A stretch of 64,000 bases of DNA from Rhina ancylostomus (GCA_030265395.1 JARFYF010000104.1:86224833-86288832); one strand, 5' to 3'. Counted from the stretch's first letter, positions 13,335 to 26,690 are shown. Notes: a model not told the origin generated them from the sequence alone. Numbers and translations are program-made.

Positions 13335-13530
13335 ATTAGTGGTGGAGTCAGATATTGTCAGAATATTTGAGAAGTAGTGAGATGAGCATTTGAAATACTA
13401 TGGCTTTGAAGACTACAGGCTGATTGCTGGGAAATGGGATCGGTATAGATAGGTACTTGATGGCTTGCATCAACAGGGTGTGCCTAAGGACCTGCTTCTG
13501 TGCTTTATTTCTCTGTAACTCTGTTTCTGT
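13335..13530 (+). mobile_element. CR1/HER1-like LINE 3' end
   Basis: Reads VVESDIVRIFEK..DEHL (ORF2 C-terminus) followed by the tail cctaaggacctgcttctgtgctttatttctctgtaactctg. Homologous to 15580-15775. Confidence 0.7.
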
Positions 13531-15579
13531 GTTGTGCTGTTTTTAAAGCCTTGATTAGTTTTACCCTACCCAGATGGCTTTAGGCTGAAGGAGGGTAGAT
13601 GTAATAGCTAACTATAAACCGGTAAGTTTTGCAGATCCTTCAGGTGCTGCAACCACTCCACCATCATTCCCACCCCAATTCCCAAGCGACCACCTTTTTT
13701 GTCAGCCTGATCTTCTCTGTCAGCGACTGACAGCTAGTTCATAATCCAGACCTGCAATTGCCCAGCATGTACAGTAAAGGTATTTCAGAGCTCAAATTGC
13801 AAATGATCTAATACCTAGTATACAATGTGCTGTAGAATTTTGCAGCAGTGAGTCCTCGTAAAATGTTTGTTGGACTGCGGTGCGTCACTGAATTAATCAG
13901 CTTTCCAGGCATAGAGGAATTTCTGGGCTCAATTTAACTTCTTACTTGTTGGGTCACAGAGAAATTTTTATTTTAAATGACACTTCATATTAAGTTACAC
14001 ACTTCAGCTTCAATTGATTATTGAATATTTTCTTTTGTCAATCAATTGGGAAGTGATGACAATTTTAAACAAAATTCTTTTTCTAAGAGTACCACTTTTG
14101 GGTTAGAGGGGCACAATCCATTTAGTTCAGTGTTCATTTCAAAACTATTGAAGGTTGTTGTTGGAATAGGGTTGTGAATATTTGAGTTAAATAGTGACTT
14201 CTGATGGGAGCTGGATATGGACAGATACTGTGTTCTCCAGAATCATAGCGGAGCTGTACCATGCATTGTTAAAATGACATGATTATTGAAGGTGAACAAC
14301 TGTACCCACGTGTTAAATCAGCTTGTTCGCACTCTTAAGTTTTAGTAATTCCTCCTAGTGAATTCCAATATATTTTCAGCATTTCTTGTTTAGCTAAAAC
14401 TATTTGGAAATCAAATAGAATAAAAGAATGTAAATAATTTAATCATTTAAACTTTTTTAAGAGGGGGGAAAGTCATAGTCAGGGGAAAGATAATTGTTTT
14501 TTCCATTTCGCTTTTGGAGTGATCTCCCTTGGGTGCAGTTCGTTCTCTTGACGGAGAGTCAGCTGAGTGATCTGTTGCCCGTCCTCTGCCAGTTTCTAAC
14601 ATCTCTGTTATGGGAGGTACCCGAAAATAGTCAGGAACAGCTGACCTCCTTGTTTCCAGGAAGCAAGTGTCTGGCCCTTGTTTTCCTTTTTTCCTCACCA
14701 AGATTGAGGTTGGAATATCACTTCAGTGCATCCTGTGTTACGCACTGAATGTTATACATTATAACTTTTATAATGGGAATGTGGTTTGCTTCAAGAGAAG
14801 ATGGGAACTGTTAGTGAGGACTGGACACTGAATGCCCACTAAAGTAATATTTCAAAATTTTCAGGTCACCACTACTTATGGCTCGGTCAGTCCCACATGC
14901 AGGATATGATATTACTTTGTGGTGCTTTCCATAGCTGCCCTATTCTTTTACTTATGGTCATATCAATTGCAATGCACACAGAAAATCAGACCTTCCCACT
15001 TTGAATGGCTGCAGGTTTTATTGCAATGAATGTGAAGGAATAGAGGCAACTCTAGCTTCTAAGTTGGTTTCAGTGCAGGTGTCACAACAGACAATTTAGG
15101 AACTTTACTGTGGTTAATATTTTGAGAGTGAGATTTCCAATTGCAATTTTCACAAGTTAAATGTTATTCAGCGCTCTAGTCCATGGATTACTGTCACTGA
15201 TTCCAACACTGGCTTGACAGTTTGTAAGCTTTTACCATGGGAAATCATAGTATCTGTAGGAATTGCTGCAAAATGGGAATATCAACAAAACATGTATGTA
15301 TGTCAGGAAGGCTGACAAAAGTGTGGTATATAATTAAGATATTTGGTGGAGGTTCAAGTCAAAACTCCCAAGGATTTGTTCAAACTTGCTTTAAGAATGT
15401 GAAGATCATATTTTCTGCTGCTTTTGATGATAATATGTATTGGATGCTTGCTATGCTATCATAAGGACTTCAGTAAATATAATGATGTCCATGTGAAATG
15501 TTTCCACTCTATCCAGTTGTTCTTTGCAAAACACCCTGGAACAGCTTTATGGATTTCTGTCTTGCAAAATTCTGTTATT

Positions 15580-15776
15580 CACTTCCGATGTGAGTGGTAG
15601 AGACAGATATTCACGCAACATTGAGAAGCCTTTAGATGAGCACTTGAAACACCATGACGTGTAAGGCTATGGGCCAAGAGTAGAGAAAGGAGGCTAGAGC
15701 AGGCAGGTATTTGATGGCTAGCGTGGAACAGTTGGCTGAAGGGGCTGTTTCCTTGCTGCATGACTCCATGGTTCTA
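15580..15776 (+). mobile_element. CR1/HER1-like LINE 3' end
   Basis: gtggtagagacagat..ttagatgagcacttga..ggctgaaggggctgtttccttgctgcatgactccatggttcta, a CR1-type terminus. Confidence 0.7.
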
Positions 15777-17753
15777 CAATGTTAACATCTACATTGTGTC
15801 TCTTAAAAGCATTTTGAGCTTTAAAACACTGTGTAAAGTACAGGACGTTGCTGATTTGTCAACAGATAAGTTATCTGTATGGTAATCTGATTAACAACAT
15901 GGCATGGTGTTCCTCTACTTGATACTTCTGATTAAAGGTTCCATATGATAGGCCTCAAATTAAATTCAAACCTTAAACAATACAAAGAAACTCTGGGAAT
16001 AGATAAGAAATATGTTGAAGGGTACAAAGCAATGATTGCTTATGAGTGACATTATGACAGAAGATTAAACTCATTAAGGTTTCTTACTTTTATGTTAGTC
16101 AAACTGTAATTTGGTTAGTTCACAGATTAATTGTGATATCTCCATTCCCTATCTGACTATGCTCAACTCTTGTACGTTCTTCCATCTGCTGCTTATTTAT
16201 TTGGAAATTGTAGTTGTCAGATGGAGTTGGATTTACGCCAGCCAGTATGATGCCTTCATGTAAGTAAATTCATTCCCTTTGGTCTCATTCTATAAGAAAT
16301 TCATTGTTGTAAATGGATGATTCACTAACCTTGCACCTGATTCATTCTTCACTTCTTGCTTAACATAAGTGACCAATTAAAATGTGATTGTTCCATTGAT
16401 ACTTTATCAGTGGAAATTGTTTTCCACTTGAAGAATCATGTGGATGACTACTGTCTAATGAATCACATTGTGAAGTGATGAGAATTAAAGGTAGGAAACA
16501 AGGGAACAGCTTGGTATAATGTAGCCTATAAACATTGCCAACTTGAATCGAGGACAACAAACTACCAATGGCACCTTTTCTATAATTCACCACTGTCCTT
16601 TCACAACTTCTGTTAAATGTTTGATATTCTGCATGGACAGCACAGAATTTGATGACAAATTATTCTAATAACCATTTGCAATGAACTCTACTCTTAAACA
16701 ACTGTTGTTGCCTCAGTCATCAAGAAGTATCATTACAACTGAGATTGAAATCACCATAACAAGAACAGTACCTGCCATCTACCAGTGTTGCATGTCCCTT
16801 GGGTGGCTGTAGAATTGTTCTTTATAGAATGCATTTTTTAAATGAAATGCAGTCTCTTTCCATGATAGCATACACTGCAGAAGTGTTCCTCCTGTATCTC
16901 AGAAGGTCGGACGGGAGACATGACATCAGTACTCTCTTTCTCCATAGTTATTGATTAACAATGTGTAGGATTTTATATTCTGCAAGTGCATTGCTACAAC
17001 TCAGGGATTTATTCCCATCAAAATTCTCAGCATTTCAGTCTAATTATACTTTGGCTTATTGTCATGGAATGCTAAAAAGGTGAAGGAAAAATGGACCACA
17101 ATGCTGAACAAAAAATGCACTGAGAGTCTCAGTTAACAGGGGAACTCAACAACCTGGAAGCAGATTTGTGCCACTGATGTGATTCATTCAGTGGAAATAG
17201 AATCAGTCCACTGTTGAGCTAAATCACTGGGAATGAATGGCATGGTGAAGGCAAGAGAACGAAGCTGCTGACAGCCAAGTATTATGCTATACACAGTATT
17301 TTCAACCCATCAAAACCCAGTGTGGCATGACACTGTCTTCACTTCAGAGGTGTTAATGACAGGAGTCACTTATGGCAGGTAGCAGTTTGCTGAAAAATCA
17401 ATTAGTTTAGAGGCTTATGGGACAGGGGAAGTCGCTTGTTTTATAGCCATAGCTAAAGGCAGCAGGCTCCATACAAGTCAAAGCCAGCATTTCTCACTCT
17501 GTATCAGGAAATCTTAACTGAATGATGAGGTGGTGATCTGTGGAGATTATAATATCATTGGTCTGAAGGCCACAGAGGCGTTAGTAAGGAATGGGCAAAT
17601 TAGATTCTGTTTAGTACACCGTTATATATTTATTTTTGTTCCTTCCCACTCTGACTGCGACACAATTTATGTAAAACATCATTGTAGCATTTTAATGGCC
17701 TGCAGCCCACTAATTGCTTGCTGAAAGCCTAAGTGCTCTCATGGAATGGCTGA

Positions 17754-18705
17754 NNNNNNNNNNNNNNNNNNNNNNNNNNNNNNNNNNNNNNNNNNNNNNN
17801 NNNNNNNNNNNNNNNNNNNNNNNNNNNNNNNNNNNNNNNNNNNNNNNNNNNNNNNNNNNNNNNNNNNNNNNNNNNNNNNNNNNNNNNNNNNNNNNNNNNN
17901 NNNNNNNNNNNNNNNNNNNNNNNNNNNNNNNNNNNNNNNNNNNNNNNNNNNNNNNNNNNNNNNNNNNNNNNNNNNNNNNNNNNNNNNNNNNNNNNNNNNN
18001 NNNNNNNNNNNNNNNNNNNNNNNNNNNNNNNNNNNNNNNNNNNNNNNNNNNNNNNNNNNNNNNNNNNNNNNNNNNNNNNNNNNNNNNNNNNNNNNNNNNN
18101 NNNNNNNNNNNNNNNNNNNNNNNNNNNNNNNNNNNNNNNNNNNNNNNNNNNNNNNNNNNNNNNNNNNNNNNNNNNNNNNNNNNNNNNNNNNNNNNNNNNN
18201 NNNNNNNNNNNNNNNNNNNNNNNNNNNNNNNNNNNNNNNNNNNNNNNNNNNNNNNNNNNNNNNNNNNNNNNNNNNNNNNNNNNNNNNNNNNNNNNNNNNN
18301 NNNNNNNNNNNNNNNNNNNNNNNNNNNNNNNNNNNNNNNNNNNNNNNNNNNNNNNNNNNNNNNNNNNNNNNNNNNNNNNNNNNNNNNNNNNNNNNNNNNN
18401 NNNNNNNNNNNNNNNNNNNNNNNNNNNNNNNNNNNNNNNNNNNNNNNNNNNNNNNNNNNNNNNNNNNNNNNNNNNNNNNNNNNNNNNNNNNNNNNNNNNN
18501 NNNNNNNNNNNNNNNNNNNNNNNNNNNNNNNNNNNNNNNNNNNNNNNNNNNNNNNNNNNNNNNNNNNNNNNNNNNNNNNNNNNNNNNNNNNNNNNNNNNN
18601 NNNNNNNNNNNNNNNNNNNNNNNNNNNNNNNNNNNNNNNNNNNNNNNNNNNNNNNNNNNNNNNNNNNNNNNNNNNNNNNNNNNNNNNNNNNNNNNNNNNN
18701 NNNNN
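17754..18705. other. Assembly gap (N run)
   Basis: 952 Ns. The long ORFs in the track here are gap artefacts. Confidence 0.99.
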
Positions 18706-20379
18706 CTGTAACAAAGCTCACCCCCTGTGGTGTCCCTTCTATTAGAGTGGAAAAGTAAATCTATATTTCTCTGAAGTCTAGAGTGATTCCAGTATGGATT
18801 GGACATGCATGGACAAGTGTTCTGAACAATGCTGGATTGTGTATTTTGGAGACTTATCAGCATAGCTTTAAGCCTGCATTCTGGCAGAAATGAACACGGA
18901 TCTCCAGAAGCTGTTGTGAAAAGAGCATGGATACTTAGGCACGTGAGGTTAGATTATATCTGGTTCATAAACTGTAGCCTCTGTCCCTGCATGTACCAAG
19001 TTGCCTGTTGACATGAGAAGGATGTTTTTCTCCATGTGTAATTCATTGGTTCAGTGGACCTTAGCTGTTTTCTTGCAGCTTCATGTGGTTCTGAGGCTTT
19101 AGTAATTATATTCATTTTGGAAAAGAATATTGAAAGGAACTCAGTCTTGGTTTGAAAAGTTATGTGGAATTAAATAGTTTACTTAACTTGGAGTAAGAAT
19201 GCCAAACTACAGGACATGTTGATGTGATTACAGGGCATATTCCAGAGCATGTTGACAAAATAACAAGGCTCAAGTGAACCTAGAAGTTAAAGGACAATTA
19301 TTTTTCAGAAAGAGTAGTGGAATTGACTCTCCACTGTACTATTTCATGCTGTGTTGACTCAGGCATTTTTTAATCCAAAACTAAAGAAGCCATAATGGTA
19401 CAGATCTGCTGGCCCTCCAGTTCCATTCCCCAGTTCTGTATCCTCCTTTCTGCACCACTTCATTGCTATCAATTCTCCCCTCTGATGCACTTCTGACCAC
19501 ATCTTGCTCTGCATGGACTTTCCCATCGCCTATTGAATTTCATCCGAGTACAAATGGAAAAAATTCCAGCCACTGAACTCTGGATTTCCAATTTGTGTAA
19601 GAATTCCTGCCTAGAATTCCTTCCATTATTACCATCAATGGTATTGAGGAATGTTTGCATTGATGCACAATAGTAAATGGTGGTGCATTGACTGAATCCC
19701 AGTAATGTTGAAATCAAAATGAAATACTAATGTTTGCTGATTATGAGACTGCAGAGTTGAGAAAAATTGTTAAAAAACTACATTTAGCTGGAGGATGGGA
19801 TCTGATAAAAAAAATTCTGTCTTGGTGGACTGAATTCCTTTTTCCATATTTTATAAATTGCTGTTGTAGCTCAGTTCCGCTGGACGTTGCACCCTGCTTA
19901 GTTATAATAACTGGGATTTTGGCAAACTTAATAAAAAAGCAGATATTCCAATTTAACTAGTTACTAACCATGATTCACCTTTGAAGCAAAACTTCCTCAA
20001 ATTTGTATGGAACTGTGAAAAGGAAAATTCTGATGGGACCTATATAAAGGTCAGATGCAAATCTCAAATGAATTTAACAATTATCACATGCGGACTCATC
20101 CAAATTTTTGCTTTTCAATTTAAATCCACAGAAGATTGACATCAAATGTCTTTTTCTAATTTGATGTGAATTTCCAACTGTGCAGCTCCACAGAAGTGGG
20201 TGGGTCATTTTAACAGCTTCCAGCTTAACTTGACCTTTTTCATGAAACCTGGTGGAATTACGTGATTCATTTGGGATCATTCTGACCAAAGTACAAGATG
20301 ACCTTCATTTTTTATTGAAGCAGTAATTGAGAAGCACAGAATATATCGTACAGAGGAATAACTGGGGGGAGGTTATGGA

Positions 20380-21160
20380 TGGGAATACTGTAGGTGCTGG
20401 AAATCTGAAATAAAAACAGAAAGTGCAGGATTTACTTAGTAGGTCAGGCAACATATGTGGTTAGGGAAACTGTTAATGTTTCTGATCTTGGAACCTGAAA
20501 AAAAATTAGAGATTAAGTAAGTTTAAAGTTGTACCACTCCCACTTTGATCCCTCTGTCATTGGCTTTCTACACTGTTCTAATGAAGCTCACTGTTCTAAT
20601 GAGGAACAGCACCTGTTCTTCTGACTTGGCACATTCTGGTCTTCAGGACATAACACTGAACTCAGCAGTTCAGATAATCAACCAATCTGGTGATTTATAG
20701 ACAATAGAGACTGCAGATGTTGGAGGAACTCAGTGGGTCAAACAGCACCTGTGGAGGCAAAGAGATGGTTGACGTTTTGGGCTGAGCCTTGCATCAGGAC
20801 CCACTGATTTCCTCCGACAGTTTACTTTTTGAATCTGGTGTTTTATCTCATTTCCAGATGTCAGACTTTTTTTTTCTCTCTTTCTGATATTCCAGATTTC
20901 CTTTGTCTCCTTCCCCTCTCATCTTTCCCAGACATAGCTTTTGGTATTTACTAGCCTTAACCATTCTCCTTCAGCCAGCACTACTGCCTGTTTATCTAAT
21001 CTTTTGTGGTCTCCACTCTCCCCACCCTAAACCATTTCTCTGAAACTTTAAACTTCCCTTGTTCTGATGGAAGGTTTTCAGTCTAAAATGTTAACTCTGT
21101 TTCTCTCTCAAAAGATGCTTTCTCACTGGCTTAGAATTTCCAGCATTTTCTATTTTCAGG
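20380..21160 (+). mobile_element. 5'-truncated Penelope-like element: inverted pLTR, GIY-YIG C-terminus, pyrimidine-rich UTR, forward pLTR
   Basis: 20535-20670 translates HSHFDPSVIGFLHCSNEAHCSNEEQHLFF*LGTFWSSGHNTELS, matching the PLE endonuclease end (R..EEQHLIFRLGTL.P.GLN). 20380-20495 is an inverted copy of 21050-21160. Confidence 0.8.
20699..20831 (-). mobile_element. Second Penelope-like miniature nested in the first
   Basis: A pLTR (gagactgcagatgttggaggaactcagtgggtc..) plus a short inverted arm, flanked by aatctggtg(a/t)tttat direct repeats at 20684-20698 and 20832-20846. Confidence 0.7.
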
Positions 21161-21199
21161 TTCATTGAGTTACTGAGACAAAGAAATGTGTTTGACAAG

Positions 21200-21350
21200 T
21201 ATGGGTGATGTTGAGTGTAGGATTTAGAGAGAAGTTTGAAGAAAATTGGAGAAATCCCTTTTTTAGATGATGTGGTCATGAACTGAGGTTTTGAACACAG
21301 TGGGAGAAGGTAATATAGTGAGCATGGTTTCAAACATCAAAGCCTCTGGG
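21200..21350 (-). mobile_element. Possible very old L2 fragment
   Basis: Minus-strand PTVFKTSV..ISPIFFKLLSK weakly echoes the L2 pattern VP..FK.AVITP..YRPISNLPFLSK. Confidence 0.3.
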
Positions 21351-21619
21351 TACGTGCACCCTGAATACAAAGTAAACCAAAATCTGGCTAGGATCCAGCT
21401 GGATGCCAAGCTTGTGCAGTGTTTTAGAAAGAATTCAGAGAGGTCGATGGAGTCTCTACAATAAAGATATGTGCTAATAGGAAGTAAAATTGTGGTTTGA
21501 TCTCGCTGAAGACCTAAAGAAAATCTTAAGGCTCAGTATTGGACAAGTTGTAGAAAGTGTTGCAATGGCTAGTGGTTGAGGGGAACATGAAGAACTATGT
21601 ACTGTTATACACTGGCGAT

Positions 21620-21735
21620 CTTTCCTGTTCCCTCTCTGTCTTGATGCAGGGTTTCAACCCAAAGCATCGACTTACACATTTTGTTTCCTCAGATGTTGAC
21701 CTGTTGCATTCTTCCAGCGTGCTGCTTTTGTTGAG
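21620..21735 (+). mobile_element. Penelope-like pseudo-LTR copy with degenerate hammerhead motif
   Basis: gtc-ttgatgc-aggg-tttcaa-ccc-aaag-c-atc-gac at 21638-21671, followed by cctcagatgttgacctgttgcattcttccagc as in the other pLTRs. Confidence 0.65.
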
Positions 21736-21839
21736 GAGCTAAGTGTCGCATTTCTTGAAGAGGCTGATCTCCATGCTTTGTTGTGGCGGGAGAAATTATT
21801 TGATACAGTGGTGGAGCTTCTTTGGAACATAAATGTATG

Positions 21840-21858
21840 GATCCACAAGGGGGCGATG
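21840..21858 (+). promoter_or_regulatory. Candidate CTCF site
   Basis: GATCCACAAGGGGGCGATG against the core CCASYAGRKGGCR, one mismatch. Motif match only. Confidence 0.4.
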
Positions 21859-23479
21859 TCAAAATGATGGACAGCAGGCGAGAATGGAGTTGTTACTGTC
21901 AAACAGCAGAGAAGTTGTGGACCTTGCCTGTGTACAATATATTAATGAAGAATATGCTTCATTCTTCTCTGGGATAAAGACAAAGCTGGGATGACAGATA
22001 ACTCTTCTTAAACCCTTTGAGCATTATGAGAATCTTTCAGTATGCATTCATTAAAAATGTTAAGTTTAACACTTTCAGCACAATAGCAGAATGTTATGCA
22101 CAAAGCTGTAATCTTCCTTTTCTTATGACAGTCATTCAACTTATGAGTGTCTAAGGCAGGAAGAGACTCAGATTTTGCATTAGGTGTAAAAATACTTCTT
22201 AGACATGAGCACAGTTTGATACTTAACAGGATTACACTGATGAATTGTTTAGAAGTAGAATTCACGTGGCAGTGTTAAGATGTCTATTATTTTTAACAAG
22301 TTAGAGCTGTGTCTGCTTTGCATGCTTTTCTCTTATAATGACACACTTTGCAGTGACCCTGAGCTCCCTGATATCACCATAGCTAATTGAAGGCCAGGAT
22401 CCTGAGTGGTGAATGGAAAATTGCACAAAAAATGGTAATATGATTCACTCTGCTTTGTCACAATTATGCACCCTTCATCAGTTCTGACACAGGCATATTA
22501 GTACTTAAACCATTTAATCGCAAATTTTTTGACTAAAAAAATTGCAGTGTTAATTTATCTTCATTTGTTTCTCTGCTCTGCCATGCAAATAATTAAGAAG
22601 ATGAGGGAGACATTCTGCAAATCATTGTCCTTTCATTTACTCCTTGTTTTGATGAGCGAGACAAGTTTTCGTTACTGTGGTGAAACATGAACTTATACAT
22701 TGATGCAAATAAATTTTGAGCTGCATCTTGTCAGTGCTAGATAAACAAGGTGAACAATTCACTGTGTATGATTTGAATAGAATGTGACTTGAATGAGGCT
22801 TTGGATTTTGTTATGAGTTGCATTCAAATTCACAAAAACACAACCAATTAGTTATTACTGCAAATCAATTTAAAAGGGAAGGATGTAAATCAAAATTTCT
22901 GTTTTGTAGTATGACCGATTTGAATACTGCTGAAATACCAATTGTTACAGCATCAGGAAAATAAAGCAATTTAAAGCCAAAATTATGGTGGGATGGATTC
23001 GGACACAAAATGGGTGAAAATTGCTCATTTCCCTCTGTAGGATGATGTGGTTTATGTGGAACCTTGTTTGGTATAAAGTTTCTTCAGCTCAGCTATTATT
23101 GTAGCTCATTGTCTCCAACAGGCGCACAACTCCAAACATCACAGATTATCCTGGCACTCTATTTACTAAGCCCTATTGAGTGTAGAATGTTATTTGTGTG
23201 TTCCGGCTGATTTCACCAGAAGGTGCTGGGTTTTATCACTGACGAAGCCTGTGTAAGTACTAGCTGCAGTTTTGCTACAAAATAACGCCGTAACTGTGAA
23301 ACCTCTGGAAGCCTATAGGTCCTTTATAGCATTAGAGGGTTGCAACTCTGCAACACCTCATTTGTGCTGCCTATACCAGTAAGAATTTTCACTTTGACAG
23401 GAATTTTTAACCCCAAGGCTCACAGATGGTAAATCCCGCATGTGTAGAATGTTTACAGTCAATAAATATAGGTATTTTC

Positions 23480-24060
23480 TTTACCACCTGTGGTATTGCA
23501 TGTGGGTAGCTGAGACCAAATGCTCAGGTCAAACGGGATCAGCTGGAAGGGACGGGGAGAGGGTTGAGGTTGGAGGAGGACTGGAACAAGGAGGGACAAC
23601 GGAAAAAAGAAAAGCTTGAAAGAAGAATGGGTAATGGGGATGGAAAGCTGGAATAACAGAGAAATGGAGGACAGAAGGCTGGAATGGGCAGTGGATAGAA
23701 TAGACGGATGACGAGGATAAGGGGAATGGGAAGAGAGGACAGGAAGAAAGGAAGATGTAAAGGATGGGTCATGATTTACCTCAGCAGGAGAGGAGTTGTT
23801 GGGAATGTGGTCATCAGCCAGGAGTGGAGCAGAAAATTACCTCACTTCTATCACAGATATTTCCTCTGTCTTATCCATCCCTTTCCCATGCTCTCGCCAA
23901 CTTAATACTACCTTGTTTTCTCACTTTCTCAGTTCTGACAGAGGATCTTCAACTTGAAAAGTTAAATCTGCTTCTCTTTCTCAAGTACTGCCTGACCTGC
24001 TGATTATTTCAAATATTTTATGTTTTTATTTCTGAAAATTTACTCAACTGGTTTTGAAAA
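23480..24060 (+). repeat. Local duplication copy 1 (purine-rich tract plus Penelope pLTR)
   Basis: Collinear with 26175-26690: ctgtggtattgcatgtgggtagctgagacc vs ctgtgatattgcacgtgggtagtcaagacc, shared gaaaattacctcac, pLTR, and aactggtt. Confidence 0.75.
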
Positions 24061-24274
24061 AGTACCTCAGCAAACAGGGACTCTTAATTCTTCAATGTAT
24101 AAGGAGCCTCTAATTTTCTTATCATTGACAAGATCCTGTTTTATGTAAAAGTCTTGTTCATCAAGATTTATTTGTTTCTGATTAGTTGCCAAATTCTGCA
24201 GATTTGCTCTTGAGATAGGGGCAGAATGTCCTCACATAGGACTAAATAACAGTGGAGAATGTGGCTACCTAGTG

Positions 24275-24500
24275 TGAGCCTGATGGGGCCTGGCAACAAT
24301 GTTGTGGGGTTGGGTGGGCTGGGCTGTGTCAAGCCTGCTTGGCTCTGTATTTTATCCAAGTATTACTGCATGTCAATAGCATGTTTAAGATCATTATATC
24401 TTTGATCAGGTCAGGTGTACAAGCATTTGAGTATTTGGGCTCGGGTCAGGTTCAACGTAGCTGTTTTTTGGTTGGATTTGGGTGGAATTTAATGTTATAA
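24275..24500. mobile_element. Degraded hAT-like non-autonomous DNA transposon end
   Basis: Contains CpG-decayed (cgggt/cgggc)-type subterminal repeats such as gggctcgggtcaggttc and ggttggatttgggt. Confidence 0.35.
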
Positions 24501-25258
24501 TTAATCAAACTTCAATTGGGGCTCATTCCCACCTCAGTGTTCCAACCTCAAGCTTCCCATACTTATCCCAAGCAGTTGCCTCTACCTTCCTCACCCTGTA
24601 CAAGCAGATGATGGGAAGGTGAAAGGATAGAATGAGGCAGAGTGTCCAATCTGCCTCAGTTACTGAAGCTTCTCAGTATCATCCAATGAAAGGCAGCAGT
24701 AATCCTGAAGTCAACCCTTACTAAGTCCTCCCTCCATGTTGTCCTCTGCTTACTTATAAGGCCGAGGCACTGTTTTTAATTGAGACTGTGTCTCCTGCTT
24801 AAATGCCTGACTGTCTCTTTATGCTGCTGTGAAGCCATCTATAATTATTTATAATTATGCCTGCAAAATGCAACTAAATAAATTTGCAATAATATCCAAT
24901 TAAATGCAACTAAAAGAACATTTGTGTAATAGTGTGCGTCTTTAGTTTTAATGAAGGCTCCTAGTTCCCATTAATGTTTACCAGGACATTCTTGAATGTT
25001 GCAGCGTGACTTTAAACAACTATTTATTTCCTGATGTGCTTCAAAAAAGTACATTTGGTTTAAAGAGGTAATAATTGCAGTGCTTTTTTTTCACACCAAA
25101 ATACTCTCCATTTCATAGTTATAATTGATAGTTTGTACTGGAAAAGATGGCACTCCTCCAGACTACACACAATCCAGATGGGGAGAACTAACATTCATCA
25201 AAAGAGGTCTGACAATTTAAGCCAGACTGGGGGGTGGGGTGTCCCTACCTTCATAGTT

Positions 25259-25292
25259 GTGTGTGCGTGCGTGTGTGTGTGTGTGTGTGTGT
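25259..25292. repeat. (GT)n microsatellite with GC interruptions
   Basis: Seen directly. Confidence 0.95.
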
Positions 25293-25499
25293 TGGGAGGG
25301 CATATCCTTTTGCACAGTTTAAATGATCTTTACTATGGTTTCTGGAAGTTCTGCTTATTAGAAATTGAAGCAGCTAAAAGGATTAATGAGGTCTGATTTT
25401 CATGGAAATGGGAGCGGCAGACACACAACATGATTAAGTTGAAGTATTTGGCCACTGCCTGCCCAAGTGCTAGATAAGTGCAGTAAGTGATTTGGAACA

Positions 25500-25640
25500 A
25501 GGCAGGAGAAACTTGTTTGCACAAAAATCTGTCAGGCTGTGGAATTCACTTCCAGGGTTAGTGGGTGAAACAGAAAAGTCAAAATTAAGGTCAGTTTGGA
25601 TTACTAGATAAAGGAACTGGAGAAAGATATGAGAATGAAT
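25500..25640 (+). mobile_element. CR1 ORF2 C-terminal fragment
   Basis: Reads RRNLFAQKSVRLWNSLPGLVGE, matching the CR1 pattern R.NFF.QRVV.LWNSLP..VV. Confidence 0.6.
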
Positions 25641-26174
25641 TTAAGTAGGTCTGTTTTCTCATGTGAACGGTAAATGTAGACAAAACTGGACAGCTTAAAG
25701 GCAGAGTCTGCAATAAAGTGCCCAAGTACTTATGCTCAAAGTACATGTGGGCCTATAGAGGTCTTTTACAGTCATACTTGAGTTCCCAGTTTGTTTTTCA
25801 CTGCCTGGTTGCACACATCTTATAAGGCATCGTACTTGGAATTGGGAAGTTCTGATCCAAAAACAGTAGGCAAATAAGGTGCAAGCATGTCCTTGCCTGA
25901 CATATTTATTTGAAAGCACATATCTATTGCTAGGGCTGGAACTCTGCAGACTGCTTGGGGAAAGAAGTGTCTGAACCTGTGATAAAGCAGGAACAGACCC
26001 AGCATCAAGGTTCTTCGTTATTAAAATCTGGAAACTTGCCCTTTTCATTGCTCGGAGATTCCTGGGGATAGTTTGTGAACATTCTCATTGCTCTGTGAAG
26101 TAGGTGCAGACCAAGTGTTTCCCTGGACAAGGGGCATTTATCCTGAATTCAGTTTTTTACAATTATGCATTATG

Positions 26175-26690
26175 TCTATTTTCATCTGTGATATTGCACG
26201 TGGGTAGTCAAGACCAAGTATTGTTCTCGGGTCACAAAAGACTAGCTGGAAGGGGCAAGGAGGGGGTGAGGTTGCAGGTATGGGGAAGTGAGACTGCAAC
26301 AAGAAGGGACAAAGGAGAGGAAGGAGACACAGAAATGGAGGCTGGAACGGATGGTGAAATAGTTTAGGGGGGTGATAAGGGGAATGGGGTCAGGAAGGAA
26401 GGATAAAATGAAAGATGGAGTAATGAATGATCTCAGCAAAAGAGCAGTTGGGAAAACAACCCTCTCTTGGGAGTGCATTGGAAAATTACCTCACATTCAT
26501 CTTACGAGAGATATTCCCTTTGTCCTATCTTTCTCCATCTCTCCCCCACCCTCTCTGCAACTTGAAAACAATTTTTTCTCTCTTTTCTAGTCCTGACAGA
26601 GGGCTTGGACCTGAATCATTAACTCTTTTTTTCTTTCCACAAATGCTTCCTGACATGCTGAGTGATATTGTTTTCCAAACTGGTTCAATG
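26175..26690 (+). repeat. Local duplication copy 2 (purine-rich tract plus Penelope pLTR)
   Basis: Collinear with 23480-24060, and shares the variant ctgacagagg at the hammerhead position. Confidence 0.75.

Noticed and set aside
18715-18735. CTCF-like sequence beside the gap (also about 38630)
   Set aside because: There are several mismatches in the core, or the motif is truncated by Ns.
17710-18863. Five long ORFs of 321-374 aa
   Set aside because: They consist almost entirely of X residues from the N gap.
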